Source: Eledone cirrhosa (Eukaryota). From it: a stretch of 64,000 nt of DNA. Below the pieces are notes generated by a model, which was not told where the DNA came from, made no database searches, and was given only the letters and a program-made list of their open reading frames with translations. This document shows positions 46,480 through 61,376 of this stretch, in pieces (within the stretch, counting starts at the first letter, position 1; the number at the start of each line of letters is the position of its first letter). The DNA lies in assembly GCA_964016885.1 (NCBI GenBank), contig OZ024742.1, positions 201,934,001 to 201,998,000 on the forward strand, in the 5' to 3' direction. The position numbers and the translations under genes are program-made.

Positions 46480-46807
46480 CAAGAAAGTGTTGGTAAAATC
46501 GAGTGCTTCAGTATGCGGATATAGAGCACTCAACGAAGATATAAGTTCCGGAGTTATAATAGTGACGAAACATTAGTCAATTGCATGAACTCATAATCCT
46601 TTATTTACTGCTATATATATTTCGATGATAGTCCATTGAGTGGCTATGTCCCAAGGCTCTGATACAATCAACACCATAAACACAGAGCTGGCATATCTAA
46701 GAACTGACTAACTGCCTGATGAGGTCATAGCCACTCAATGGCTATCATCGAAATATATATAGCAGTAAATAAAGGATTATGAGTTCAAGCAATTGACTTA
46801 TGTTTCG

Positions 46808-46814
<7 letters not shown>
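46480..46814. mobile_element. Fold-back cassette with a complete hammerhead at 46711-46766 (+)
   Basis: ACTGC CTGATGA ggtc ATAGCCA ctcaa TGGCTAT catc GAAA TATATATA GCAGT. Inverted arms at about 46558-46648 and 46727-46814. Confidence 0.85.
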
Positions 46815-46866
<52 letters not shown>

Positions 46867-47209
46867 TCTCTGGTCATAAATAATAAGAGGGGTGCGGATG
46901 AAATAAGTGGGTTGGACATTTGTTAAATTATTATAAGCGTGGGGAAATTGGTAATTGTATAGTGTAGGTTCATATATATTGGATTTCTTGTAATGTTCTT
47001 TTTTGTCATGTGTTATTATAATGTCAAATAAAGTTACTATTAGATTCTCCAGCTACTGTATCGATATGAATCACTTACCATAACATTTCGCCGGAAATAG
47101 GTTAGCAAAATTTAAGAAGCAGGGGAGGGGGTATAAAAGAAAGGGCGATGGAAAAAATCTGCAAAATGTAAAAGCGGGTGTGTGGGGTGGCTTATTCAAG
47201 ACCTCAGAG

Positions 47210-47850
47210 TAATTGATAGAGAGAGGGGGATGGGAGAGATTGTTGTATGGTAGATATAGAGAGGAGCAGATTGTAGAGGTAATTGGTATAAAGAGGAGTA
47301 TTGAGAGAGACAGTGTCGTGATAGATATAAATAGGGAGAAGTTTAGTGTTAATTGATATAGAGAGGGGGTTTAGAAGAGAGTACCGTGTAGTAGATATGG
47401 AGAAAGGGAAAGTATAGTGGAATGGATAAAGAGGGGAGTATTGAAAGATAGTATTGTATGCTATATATAGAGAGGGGAAGACTTTGTTGGTAATATATAT
47501 AGTGAGAGGTATTCAGAGTGTTTTGTATGATAGATATAGAGAGTTGGAGAGTGTAGTGGTAATTAATATAGAGGGGGGATTGGGAGTGAGTGCCGTGTGG
47601 TAAAAATAGAGAGAGGGAGTATTGATTGATATAGTATTGATTGATATAGAGAGAATTGTGTATATTAGATATAGAGAGGGGGAGAGTTTACTGGTGATAT
47701 ATAAAGTGAGGGTGATTGGGAGAGATAGTTTGAAATAGATAGGGAGAGGGTAAGAGTTTGGTGGTAGTAGATATAAAGAAGAGGATTGTGAGAGAGTGTT
47801 GTGTGGTAAATATAGAGCGGGAAGAGTTTGGTGGTATTGGATATAATGAT
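47210..47850. repeat. Degenerate purine-rich minisatellite of roughly 60-bp period
   Basis: Recurring GGTAGATATAGAGAGGGGAGAG...GGTAATTGATATAGAG units. It resumes at about 48255-48350 after the SINE insertions. Confidence 0.65.
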
Positions 47851-47861
47851 TTTGTATAAAG

Positions 47862-48253
47862 GCAAAAAGGCCAGTAATTTGAGGGGGGGGGGAGTTGATT
47901 ACATCGACCCCAGTGCATTACTGGTGCTTTATTTTATCGATCCCGTAAAGATGAAAGGCAAAGTCAACCACGGCGCGATTTGAACTCAGACCATAAAGGG
48001 CCGTAACTCTATGCTGAAAAGCATGGCGTCCAAATCTCTACTGATACTGCCAATCCACCGCACTATTGGATATAGGAATAATTGTTTCTTCTTTTGGCAT
48101 AAGGCCAGCAATTTTTACCCCAGTGCATTACTGGTACTTTATTTTATCGACCCCGTAAGGATGAAAGGCAGGATTTGAACTCAGATCATAAAGGGGCGTA
48201 ACTCTATGCTGCAAAGCATGGCGTCCGACCCTCTAATGATACTGCCAATCCAC
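47862..48253 (-). mobile_element. Two tandem SINE family A copies
   Basis: Copies at about 47862-48063 and 48080-48253. The second has an internal deletion. Confidence 0.88.
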
Positions 48254-48683
48254 TGTTGGATATAGAAATAAGGAGAGTGTTTTGTATGAGAGATTACGTA
48301 TAGAGTGCTGTATGGTAGATAATAAGAGGGGTATTGAGAGTGAGTTATGTGTAATAGACATTGAGAGGGACAGAACATTATTATAATTACATAATCATAA
48401 CTTACTCTTTCTTTTATGAGCATGCTTATATCCATTTCATGACTAGAAATGAAACGTATTGTTTCGTGATATTCCGTATATTGTGTATTGTCATGTGTCG
48501 CGCTTTGTCATGTGATATCACTTGACGACATGTTTCTGTTAGCTTTCATAAGTATCATTCTTTTTGTGTGTGTCTGTGTGTGTGTGTGCGCGCGCCTGTT
48601 TCTGTATGTGTGTGTATGTGCGTCTGTGTGTAATCGTGTGTTACTAAATGTTGAAATGCAGTAGAAAAATGTTGTTAACTTAC

Positions 48684-49740
48684 CGAACCACATTGGTCTT
48701 CGTTTTTCAGGTGTTCTGCGATAAAGGTGACACCATCAATGGCTTGTTGTATATCTTCTGCCAAAACCTTTTGTTTCATGCTGCTCGAACTTTCTGAAAC
48801 CAGCGCCTCTTCATATGGGAAACGACCGAACGCAGCTGGTGGCACAGGTGACTCGCTGTTGACCACACGCCGAGCTATGCGTTGGTAGGCCTTGTTGGTG
48901 ACATTATCTCTCATACCCATGCTCCCTAAGCTGGAACTGCCATCTTTTACTTCGATTCCATTGCAGGTTCGAACGGAAGCTCGAGATGACTTATCGAATT
49001 CAAGATTGGGACGACGCATGATAAGCAGCTTTGGTAGAATGCTGAGAAATACTCGTCTCACCCACGGACTCATTGTGTGGGTCCAGGGAGAGCGAAAGTG
49101 GACATTTAGAACTACAACTGTAACGATGATTGATAAAGTAACAAGAATCATGGTGAACAATAAATATTTTCCGATCAGCGGAACGACAATCGAAGTGGGT
49201 GGAATTATCTCTGCTAACAACAAGAAAAATACAGTTAAAGAAAGCAAAATGGAGATACACAGAGTAATCTTCTCACCACTGTCGGAAGGGAGGTAAAATA
49301 CCAGTACGGTTAGAAAAGAAATGGACACGCATGGGATGATCAAATTTACAGTGTAGAAAAGAGTCTTTCGCCTCATTGTTATGTTAAAGGTAATGTCGGG
49401 ATAAGGTTCTGGACAGCATAAGTATCGTTTTTCATTTTTCTTGGCTGGTACGTCTAATATGTCCCACTCAACACTTCGATATAATTCTCGAAGGTCCATG
49501 CCTCGTTTTATCACCGTTTCTCCTTCTTCGTTTGGGGCACAGATATGCACAAGGTCTACCTGATTTCCGTCGTAAGTCCAGGAACCGAATTTCATGGTGC
49601 ATAATTGAATGTCGAACGGGAAGAATTCGACATCAATAGTACAGGAGCTTTTATAAATCGCTGGTGGCTCCCAAACGACCCGACCATCAGGATGCAGCGT
49701 GGCTTTGGTCATCAAAGTTACTTCATAATTTCCGTCTGCA
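48684..49740 (-). CDS. Internal exon of a nicotinic acetylcholine receptor alpha subunit (ligand-binding loops, Cys-loop, M1-M3, cytoplasmic loop)
   Basis: The translation contains [18 protein letters not shown], the Cys-loop [20 protein letters not shown], loop C vicinal cysteines YLCCPEPY, M1 [12 protein letters not shown]2 [24 protein letters not shown] and the MA helix [12 protein letters not shown]. The acceptor is tatttcAG at 49742-49741 and the donor is GTaagt at 48683. The other exons were not located in the window. Confidence 0.96.
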
Positions 49741-51653
49741 CTGAAATACGTATATTGAAGGTTCGTCATGAGACATTGTGCAAATCGGTGTTTGAAAACA
49801 ACGTCTACTCTACCAAATCATGCACATTGCATAAACTGCACCAATATGATGGTCCCTACATTGGTACGGTAACAATGAAACAATACTTATGTATATGTGT
49901 GTATATATATATAGAGAGAGATAGATATAGATAAATTGAAAGAAAGGGTAAAGGGAGGAGAGGATAATAGTTAAGAGGATGGAAAGAAGAGGGATAAGTG
50001 ACAAACTAAGTAGTATATAGTCTATCTTTCAATCAAATGTTTACCAATTGAAGTTCATTTTTCTCCATGTGCATATTCTATCTAAAAATCAACAACTAAA
50101 TATTACGGCTGTCAGGTGCAGTGTGGATGTCTTGGTAACAAGTACTATGCTTTTGTTGAGGCTTTTAGGTGCCCATACATTTGCGAGCCGGCTCTGCAAG
50201 TAGGATATCTAGAGTATGACTGCTGCAGGAATATAGGGTAACTTCAGCAAAGGGCTAGTAATTTCTTAATCGGCCCTGAACACATGAAAGGCAATGTGTT
50301 CTTCGACGGGATGTGTACTTACAACAGAGTAGAGGGCAGGAAAAAATATTTAACTCCCTTATGACTCTACCAAATCGAACGCCTAACTATCTAGACCAAT
50401 GAAATATTTTAAAGTATGTTCTGTTTATATAATTATATTCTTATACATGGCAATGATGAGGTCTATTTACGGAGACACAGGATCCCCTCGTATAAAGCGT
50501 ATTTGCCCAGCATAGACGAGTAAAGACCCAAGCCGGCGTAGTTGACGTAGCATTGTCTGGCAGTGAATAAAACAGAGCTGAGTAAAAGAGAATTGTGGCA
50601 TATTTAACACTTAGAATTATATGTTTTAACTATCTACTATTTATTTTGTATGTATCACTGTATCCATGTTTTTGTTATGTCGTAAGGAGGGACTAGGAAG
50701 GTTGGCACGGAGAAGGGTATCCGGCCGTATAACATTGCCTCTGAAAGAGCACTATGATGAGTATAAAAACACCCATTCGGTCAACAAGGATAACCATTGC
50801 ATTTAGCATAGAAAAGTGCCTTAATATGCTTGCCCTCTATTTTTTGTGGCTTTTATTTGTAGGTTTAGAAAATCAAATCGAAATAAAACTCTGGAGTATC
50901 CTTGTCATATTATTTCTTTACATATGTAAAATCTTTCTTTGATGAACTGAAAATAATAAAAACTCGATACTCAGTTAAACTGCATAGGTCACGCCTACTA
51001 AGTGAATAACATGGTGCGTTTGTTGCCGCGAATAACAGTCAGCGATATCCGCTAGATCAATCATACCAACTTAGGTGAACTTTCATCAGGCGCAATCGCT
51101 CTCACCTTGATTTGATGAAGGAACACTGCAATTGGTGGGAGCAAAGAAAATGAGGATACCACTTGTGGCTCTCTCAGAAAGAAATTGGTTCCTTAATGCA
51201 TGGGTTTTGTAATATTTAAAACTTCTGTAAATCTCCATTCCCCGAAAAGAGCTCGAGAAAGATTTCAATGCAAGGGTACCAAGCAGCTCGCATATTTTTT
51301 AGCGAGGTGGTTTGTAGCAACAGGAAATTAAAATTCTTGGTTACGGAACCAACACACAAGCCGACTCGTGAACCAAAAATGTGGTCGTGTAATCGAAAGA
51401 GCCAATGATTAAATACCACAGTAGATTCTTTCATCAGACTATTGCGCTGTCTTTAATGTGGTAACTCTTTATGCAATCTTTCTATAGCAGAAATTGTAGT
51501 GTTTTAAATAAAAAGTTCAAGTATAGGATTATAGTTTTACACAAGTTAAATATATTATTGACACCAAAATTGTTTCAGAGAAATGGACTACAAATGGTAA
51601 ACATATTCTATTTCATTATGAAATTATCCATCTCAGATTTTGAGGAAATAATA

Positions 51654-52400
<747 letters not shown>

Positions 52401-52595
52401 TAAATACATATACAATGTATGCCACGAAATACTAAGTGCGCAAATATTTGCCCATTTTGTTTTTAATAGAAGCAACTAATTGTAACTGAATAATTGAGCA
52501 TTATACATTACAACATAACTATGGTAATATTGTTATTACAGAAATAACCGACTTGTCACGAGCCATACTATTTTGCCGTGGATGTATGTATGTAT

Positions 52596-52632
<37 letters not shown>

Positions 52633-52652
52633 AATGGAAAAAATCAAACGAA

Positions 52653-52725
<73 letters not shown>

Positions 52726-52860
52726 TGTTAAAACGATCAAATTTTATTTATTTGCTGACAATTGTTTCTTCCAGAGGGAAGTTTGGAATCCGGCTAGTAC
52801 TTAATACTACCCTACATATTTATAGTTATATCAAACATATATAAATATACATATTCTAAT

Positions 52861-52897
<37 letters not shown>

Positions 52898-54464
52898 TGT
52901 GATCGTGTTTATGTGTGTGTCCTTGGTCTTCGTAATTTTTTTGTACACATCGTTTCATTAAATAATCTGGCTTTATAAAGATCCTATGCACATATGTATA
53001 TTCCTGACACGAGGAAATTATCAATTTGAATTATTTTTATAATTGTGTTCAGCTAATTATTGTAATGTTCATATTTATTCCCTTATTCACAGAAGTGTGG
53101 GTAGTAGAAGGATAACAAGGGGGAGAAGAGGGAGGAAATGGAAAAAGAGGCGGAGGAGGACGGAAAGAAGAACTGACTTTTGTCTCTCCCATGAATCGTG
53201 TCCTGAAAAATTAGTGAAAAGCAAATAAAAACCGTTGATAGATAGAGAGAAAGCAACCATTTTTTTTCTTTTCTTTTTTTTTTCACCCGTTAAAATCAGA
53301 CGTGTCTTTCCAGTGTTTATAGAAAATGTGCCAGAGAGGAGAGAAAAGAAACAGAAAAAATAAGGAGCAAACAAGAAAATAAGAGAATTATTGAGGAAAG
53401 AGAAAATTGACCAAGAAGCACTTATTACTATTGCAGAAGTTTCTTGTTTTGGATTTGTACTTTAAACCAAAATATGACCTGCTAAAAATTCATATAATCT
53501 ATTTTTACGTATTTAACCAAACCTTTCCCTCTGGAATAAATTATATATATAATAAGCAGACTGATGAAAATATATATATATATAATAGGCAGACTGATGA
53601 AAATTATGCTGTGACATATACTGGTATAAAAATAACCAGTCAGTCAATGTCTCATAGTTATTCATCTTATTTAGTCATCATATGCGGTAATCTGTAGACC
53701 GATGAGACTGGAAGCCACAATAGCGACTGCCCCGCAAAAAGTAATCGGTAGGTCAATGCTTGGTATTTGGCAATCTTCCGCTACTTTAGTAGGATTAATT
53801 ATATATTAATTCTATTTCATTACATAAAAACACACTCATTGTTGCTTCTATCAATTTCACTTGGTTGCCTCCCTTATTATTGACTCTCCTCTTTTTCCTT
53901 CTCATCTGACACATTTTGCCATGCTCCTGTGCGAGGGAACGATGGGATGTTAGTAAAATAATAATAAAGAACACCATGAAACAAAACAAATAAATAGACA
54001 GAAACCAAATTATTAAAATAGAAGAGAAATAAAAGAAAGGGGAATAAGCAAGAGAGAAATTAAATAAAATAAAAAAAAATATTCATTAATAATAATGTTA
54101 TAATTATCACATTGTCTTTTAAAGACAAATCACCCATTTTGTATGTTGAATGAAGTTATGGTGAATGTGTATAGGAGCTCCGTCGGTTCCGACGAGGTTT
54201 GTTCCAGTTGTTTGAACCGCAGAACAGCCGGCTGGTGAAATTACCTTGCAAGTTGCTGAGAATTTTAATGATTCAGATGTAAATAAACTAGTTCTCAGTG
54301 TGATTCAACGTGGCAAGATGTGTGCTAAGACATTTTTTATTTGTATGTGAGTGGAGCAGAACAATGTGAAAGGAAGGACAGAGCGTGTAGCCCAATCCTG
54401 TAGTCGGAATCACAATAAAACAACGATCATGAACCGAACAGTCTAGCGTCATTAAGCCACGCGC

Positions 54465-54551
<87 letters not shown>

Positions 54552-54714
54552 GTTGTGTGTGGTGTGAATGATTTGTCTACAGTGTTTGTTGTTTGTGTTT
54601 TTTGTCACAGGGCCAAATGTGAATGAGAGGCAGTTATTGTTGCCCATGCGCCTGTGTGGGTGTGTGGGCGGGTGGTCTGGTTTATTAATGTACATCTGTA
54701 TTAAGTAACATAAA

Positions 54715-54755
<41 letters not shown>

Positions 54756-54756
<1 letters not shown>

Positions 54757-54962
54757 TGTTTGTACTTTAGGCACAAAGCCAGCATTTTTGGAGGAGAGGC
54801 AAAATCGATTAAATCGACCCCAGTTCATTACTGGTGCTTTATTTTATCGACCCCGTAGGGATGACAGGCAAAGCTAACCTCGGCAGGATTTAAACTCAGG
54901 AATGTAAAGGGTCGTAAGTAAATACTGCAAAGCATTTCGTCCGACGCTCTACCGATACTGCC

Positions 54963-54963
<1 letters not shown>
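54756..54963 (-). mobile_element. SINE family A copy embedded in (AAT)n
   Basis: Family core is present, with (AAT)n on both sides (54715-54755 and 54964-55007). Confidence 0.88.
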
Positions 54964-55007
<44 letters not shown>

Positions 55008-55496
55008 GATTGAGGGTGAGGAAAGAGGTGAGTATGTATATGTGTTTAACAGAGATAGAGACATCGGTAGACATATTGTTCACAATATTAATATTAAAAT
55101 AGGATTAATAATATGGAATAATTAAATAATTAGTAAACAATTTTAGTAATGTTTCTTTTTTAGATGCAGGAAAAGGGTTTTCGTGGGTGTTGTGCTTTTG
55201 ATTATGTTTTTGATTTTTTTTTATATGGTTATAACCTTTTGTGGCAATAAGGACATTTTATGGTGTAATGGAAGATTGACCAATGAAGAGTGTGTTTGTA
55301 TTATATCTGAATGTGTATGTTTGCGTGTGCTTTGATAAAAATGGACATCACTCCGCCAGAGAAAGAGAAAGCAGAAATTACTACGACTATTACCGCGAAC
55401 ACCAACACCCGAGCACCCCTACTAATACTACTGTAGCAACATGTTCTACTACTACTACTACTACTACTGCTGCTGCTGATGATGCTGTTGCTGCTG

Positions 55497-55556
<60 letters not shown>

Positions 55557-55624
55557 AGATAACGCTGGTTTGTGTTGTGGCGGCGCTGTATTTGGAAGAG
55601 AAAATATATAATTGCTGCTGCAGT

Positions 55625-55691
<67 letters not shown>

Positions 55692-56378
55692 GCAGTTACC
55701 ACTAGTTTTACAACTACAACATGCTTCTAGATTTGCAGCTGTAAATAATAATACAAATAATACAATAGTAATTATAATAATAAATATTTTCGATTCAAAT
55801 TAAAACAATTAAATAATACTTAAGAAATACACATTCATCTGATTCTTCATAGCACATACTGTTATGTATATAGGTATATACATATATAAATTATATTGAT
55901 AGCCTACTGGTGCATTGCAGTGTTATATAGTCCTTGCGCGACCGAAATTGTGTTGAAACTCAGTTAACAGCTGATGAGTGGGATGTTCCTGTTTATCCGA
56001 TTAGCTCCGGCTTACCAGAGCCTTTCGTTCTGTCCGCTGCATTCATTTTTTCCCATATGTATACGGGTTTATGCCTTTACATGGGTTGGTGTGATCGTGG
56101 ATCTACTTAAACTCAAGTAATGTGTGTACATCTCACTATAGTAAACGAGTATGTGTCCATAATTAGTATGTATGAACAGCAAAGTTATTAGGTTTGGAGG
56201 AAGTGTTACCTTGCTTTGTTTCCTTTTATAATATCCCGGTGTTTTGTATATACACATGAATGTGTAGTTATTTGAATTTATATATCTATGGATTGTACAT
56301 ACGTATTTCTGTATGCTTGTATGTGTGTGCAAGTGGGTATGTCAGTCTACGCGTGTATATACGCATGTCACTATATGT

Positions 56379-56497
<119 letters not shown>

Positions 56498-56675
56498 CAT
56501 ATGTATGTATTATGTATAGATGCATGGTTTGCATGAATGTATATGATGACATTGAAATAAAAGAACAAAGTCTACTACTACTACAACAATGTACATCAGC
56601 AACGAATGTATATGCAATGAGAACAAAAAAACATCGGCAATGAAAATAATAACAACAACAATAACAATAATATTT

Positions 56676-56732
<57 letters not shown>

Positions 56733-56891
56733 GGACGTGCATTTCATATGAACATAACCATGATGCTGCGCCAATAAAAAAAACGCCAACAGATTTATGT
56801 CAGACATTTTGAAATCACACGACAAACAGGAATGTAATATCCATGACACTACTACTACTACTACTACTACTGCTATTACTACTACTACTAT

Positions 56892-56956
<65 letters not shown>

Positions 56957-57004
56957 TTACTACTACTACTATTACTACTACTACTGCTGCTGCTACTGCT
57001 ATGG

Positions 57005-57046
<42 letters not shown>

Positions 57047-57281
57047 TAGTTGTTGGTTATGCTATTATTGCGATTTAGCACTTTTGATAGCAAATTTCTT
57101 GAAACAGCCCTATTTTATATGATACAAAGCTGTTTATTTTAAGATGATTATATTCATGTCAAACTCCTTCATCATAATTTTACAAGATGCTTTCTTAAAT
57201 TATGTTCCAAACATAAAATTAACAATAAGTAGATTAATTATCTTACTAAATCCTTTTAAATTCTTGATTATTTAAAAAAGA

Positions 57282-57940
57282 TCTTCTTCTTCTTCTTCTT
57301 CTTCTTCTTCTTCTTCTTCTTCTTCTTCTTCTTCTTCTTCTTCTTCTTCTTCTTCTTCTTCTTCTTCTTCTTCTTCTTCTTCTTCTTCTTTCTTTTTCCT
57401 TTTCCTTTTCTTTTTCCTTTCCCATTTCCTTTTCCTTTTCTTCTTCCTTTTCTACCTTCTTCTTCTTCTTCTTCTTCTTCTTCTTCTTCTTCTTCTTCTT
57501 CTTCTTCTTCTTCTTCTTCTCCTCCTCCCACTCATACCTGGGAGTATCATATGGGCTAAGTTCTCAAGCACACCTTCCAACGGGTCCTGTCAGAATCAAC
57601 TCCCATCGCTCTGGCGGTATCCCCAGGTAGGACCGACCAGCCAAGGTCATAGATGTTATACAACCAACTTGCTTGGAGTCTACCCCTGAGTCTCCAGCCG
57701 GATGGAGTTCCACTGAAGCAAGTGGAGTTGTTCAATATTTCGGGATCGTGTGCAGAAGCAATGAAAGGCATGAAGCTACGTCAAGTGCACCAATTGCAGG
57801 ATCTGTTGCAGTAATGTGTCAGCTTCAGCTTTCGATCATTAGAAGAAGGGAAGTAGGTGTAACAGACCAAACTCGCTCTCTTCAATTCGTTATCCGTGCC
57901 AATTCTTACATATGGTCTTCAATATTTTCCAAATGATTTC
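57282..57940 (-). mobile_element. RTE 3' fragment with an expanded (AAG)n tail
   Basis: RGRLQASWLYNIYDLGW...DRTRWKVCL and (TTC)n at 57282-57520. Confidence 0.7.
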
Positions 57941-58120
57941 AAAATAATAGAGTAGTGTCTATCATTAAATATATGATCATAAACGTGTTAAATACCCCAT
58001 TTGCATGAAATCATCTCGTTAACTGCTTATCCTTGGTGAATAATAATTATCAGCTATCGCTATTGGTGCAAAGACTGCTGCTAACAACGAACCGAATTCA
58101 ATTCCTGTTGCTCTATCATA

Positions 58121-58172
<52 letters not shown>

Positions 58173-58465
58173 GTTGCTGTTATTTCTATTTTTGCACTTT
58201 TGATAGCACACCGCATGAAACTGCCTCATGTTCTATGAAACAAAGCTGTTTATTTTAAATTGTTTATATTTCTGTTAAAATTCTCCATCATAATGTTGCG
58301 TAACAACCTTTGTTAAATTATATTCCAAATAACCTGCTGCTACTGTAATTGTTGCTGCTGCTTCTTGTGCTGCTGGTGCTTCTGCAGCAGCTGGTTACCA
58401 TTTGGTCTGCAAATGGTGTATGCATATCCACTACAAAGATTGTGCTTGCTATCTAGTTATAGCAT

Positions 58466-58549
<84 letters not shown>

Positions 58550-59012
58550 TACTACTACTGTTTTCCTTTTAATAGACACAGAAACAATTTTTGATTTTGT
58601 ATTTGATGTTTGAATCGATTTCTATATATATCTCGTAATTATTTAATCCTTTCATTGAGTTGTGCAGACGTCTGAACTCAAAACTCCTACAAATATAATA
58701 CTAATTTAATTGTTGCGTGTTACTTCCAGATTTCAGCTATGCCACCCCTCTCATCATGGATATGCACCTAGAACGCACCCCTTTAAGATGCAAGTCTGGG
58801 CAAGGTGTTTTTGTGGAACACCATCTATCACCCACGCATGCAATTGTGTCCCCTGTCCACGACATCGTTGTTCTCCAAGGGAGATTCAAAACCAGATATT
58901 TGACTGGTATATGTTATTTCAACGACCACTGAATGAAGACTTCACCGGAATTCGAAGCATTGAAACGAAGAAAGACGAAATTATATTCGCCTTTACACAC
59001 AAAATATAGACG

Positions 59013-59345
59013 CAAGACCAGAATATTTAGGAGGAGACGAGGGCAATAGTTGATTAAATTGACCCCAGTACTTATCTGGCATTCTGTTTTATCGACACCG
59101 GAATTATGAAACAGGAAATTGACCTCACCATCATTTAAACTCAGAACGTGAAGTGCCGGAACATAAACCGGAAGGCGTTTTGTACTATGCTCTAAAGATT
59201 ATGTTAATAATAATTGTTTCTAGTATTGGCACAATTTAAAATATTTTTAGTGGGTATTAAATGGACCCCAGTACTCAACTGGTATAATATTTTATCGACC
59301 ACTGAATGAAGACAGGCTAAAAACCAACTTCAGTGGAATTCAAAA
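59013..59345 (-). mobile_element. Two old tandem SINE family A copies
   Basis: GACCCCAGTAC...TTTTATCGAC cores occur twice. Confidence 0.7.
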
Positions 59346-59423
59346 CACTGAAACGTAGAGAGATGAAATTAAATGATACTTTGTAAATCGTCTATTGATG
59401 AAACAGATTTTTTTTAAATTCAC

Positions 59424-59516
<93 letters not shown>

Positions 59517-61336
59517 TAATAATCCCAATAGCATTAAAAATATTAACAAAAATCAGATAAATGAAAGAAAACATGTTCCTTGCTATTTTGATTTACTTTC
59601 ATTTATTAAAAAAATAATTAAGGGTATTTTGGTATCGATTATATCGGCCAATTTATAACGAAGCTACTTTCAGACAAAATATATTTTGGTCAATAATTTA
59701 AAATTTATATATATCATAAAACAAGATATAGAATTTTATTCATATTTTGTCTGTATTGAATATAGAAAAATCTAGAAAGCTACTCAGGTAGACAGAACGA
59801 CAGACAGAATGATAGACAGACAAACGATTATTTATTCCTATTAAGATGAATTTAATTGTGGTTAGTCTTTCACTTAACATTAGGTCTGTAACGGATTACC
59901 CATGTGCAAGTTAAGTTTGATAGTTTCACCAGTTTAATGTCCTCCAATAATGACGCATGTCAGCCATTTTGGATATATAGACATCAAACTGCATTTTTCC
60001 CATGGCAAGGGTTATCTCAAATTGTAATATATTGTGATATAATTTCAAGTTTTAAACCCTTCAGAAATTTTAACTTTAAACATTTATTTCTTGTTTGTGT
60101 TAATAATGATTTGTCTTTTCTATATATTTTACAAAATGTAAGGTCTGTGGAAGGTCTCCAATGTGCAAATGACGTTTTAGTGTTTATGCTGGGTTTATTT
60201 TATACAATATCTCAGGAACATACTGTCAGCCATTTTGGATATATAAGTCTTTACCTATACCTTTGGATCTCCAACAATATCTGGAGTTTTCAAGCTCTAG
60301 ACCCAGATACCTATCACTGGTTTAAGTCATACAACACCAATGACAATCATTTCTAACTCACGAAACTATGATATGTGGCCTCCATCTCCAATAATTCTCC
60401 ACGATGTTTTTTTTACTTTTTAGTTTTGAATCAATCATTTATTATTTCTCTTTCTGTTATACAGAAAACCAAACTATACATTCATCACTTAGCCTATGCG
60501 ATAACGAAATTCATGTCGCAAATTCAATTAATAGAGTTGACACAATTGACGAGGCAATCACAAGTCGGTAACTTAATAACATTAACTTGGACGTTCTATT
60601 TAAATTAGAAGATTAGAATCCTAATTAACTAAAAACTTCAAAATGAATTATTTAATCTCAGCTTTTAAAATAAAAATTTTCTGTAAATATGTCCGTTATC
60701 TTACGACATTCTGTGATAGTGATATATTTGTCTAAATTATTGATAACTGGTTTATAGAATTAACCATGATTATTCAGAAGAAAGTGCGCGACCCAATTGT
60801 TAGGATATTTCTCTCACAATTGCATGGTCGTGATTCAATTTTGAAACGTCATTCTACAGTGCTCCAATCCTGTCGCACGAAGATTATTACCTTCTTTAAC
60901 TGCAAGGAATAACGCATTCTCATGTGTTTAATGCCAGGTAAAACCGAGGTAGATTCTGTTCTGTCGAAACTCTAGACTAAGGAATGATAACTTTAATGCA
61001 TAAAGAAATATCGAAACAGCCAACGAAGTCTATAAATATATAAACTAGAATCACTTCAGAAATTATATATGAAGAATCTAGGCATTTATGTTATACTATT
61101 GGTTTAAGCTATTAACGCTTAATATACACACAAAGTAATTAAGAGCCAACAAATAGAGTTTAAATGTTAAATTACTATAATCAGAATTCTAAAATTTATT
61201 TTAGAAACTACATGTATATAATCATAACTCCTTCAATAGATTTTCTTGTTGATTTGACTCAGATATCTTACCAGTCAAGATATCAAGACATCAAGAAATG
61301 AATTATATATAAATATATGTACATACATATATACAT

Positions 61337-61376
<40 letters not shown>

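Noticed and set aside
48684-49740. Cephalopod chemotactile or other atypical receptor
   Set aside because: The exon keeps the vicinal cysteines, aromatic-box residues and GEK ring of a canonical alpha nAChR.
50930-51450. Several (C/T)TGATGA matches on both strands
   Set aside because: None has a correctly placed GAAA and cleavage stem. Similar incomplete matches at 53561-53755, 27553 and 7750-7830 were also set aside.
53795-53989. Signal-peptide-like ORF as the first receptor exon
   Set aside because: No nAChR N-terminal helix motif follows, and a hydrophobic start is expected by chance in T-rich DNA.
55955-56000. CTGATGA with a nearby GAAAC as a hammerhead
   Set aside because: I could not form stem I and stem II in any permutation.
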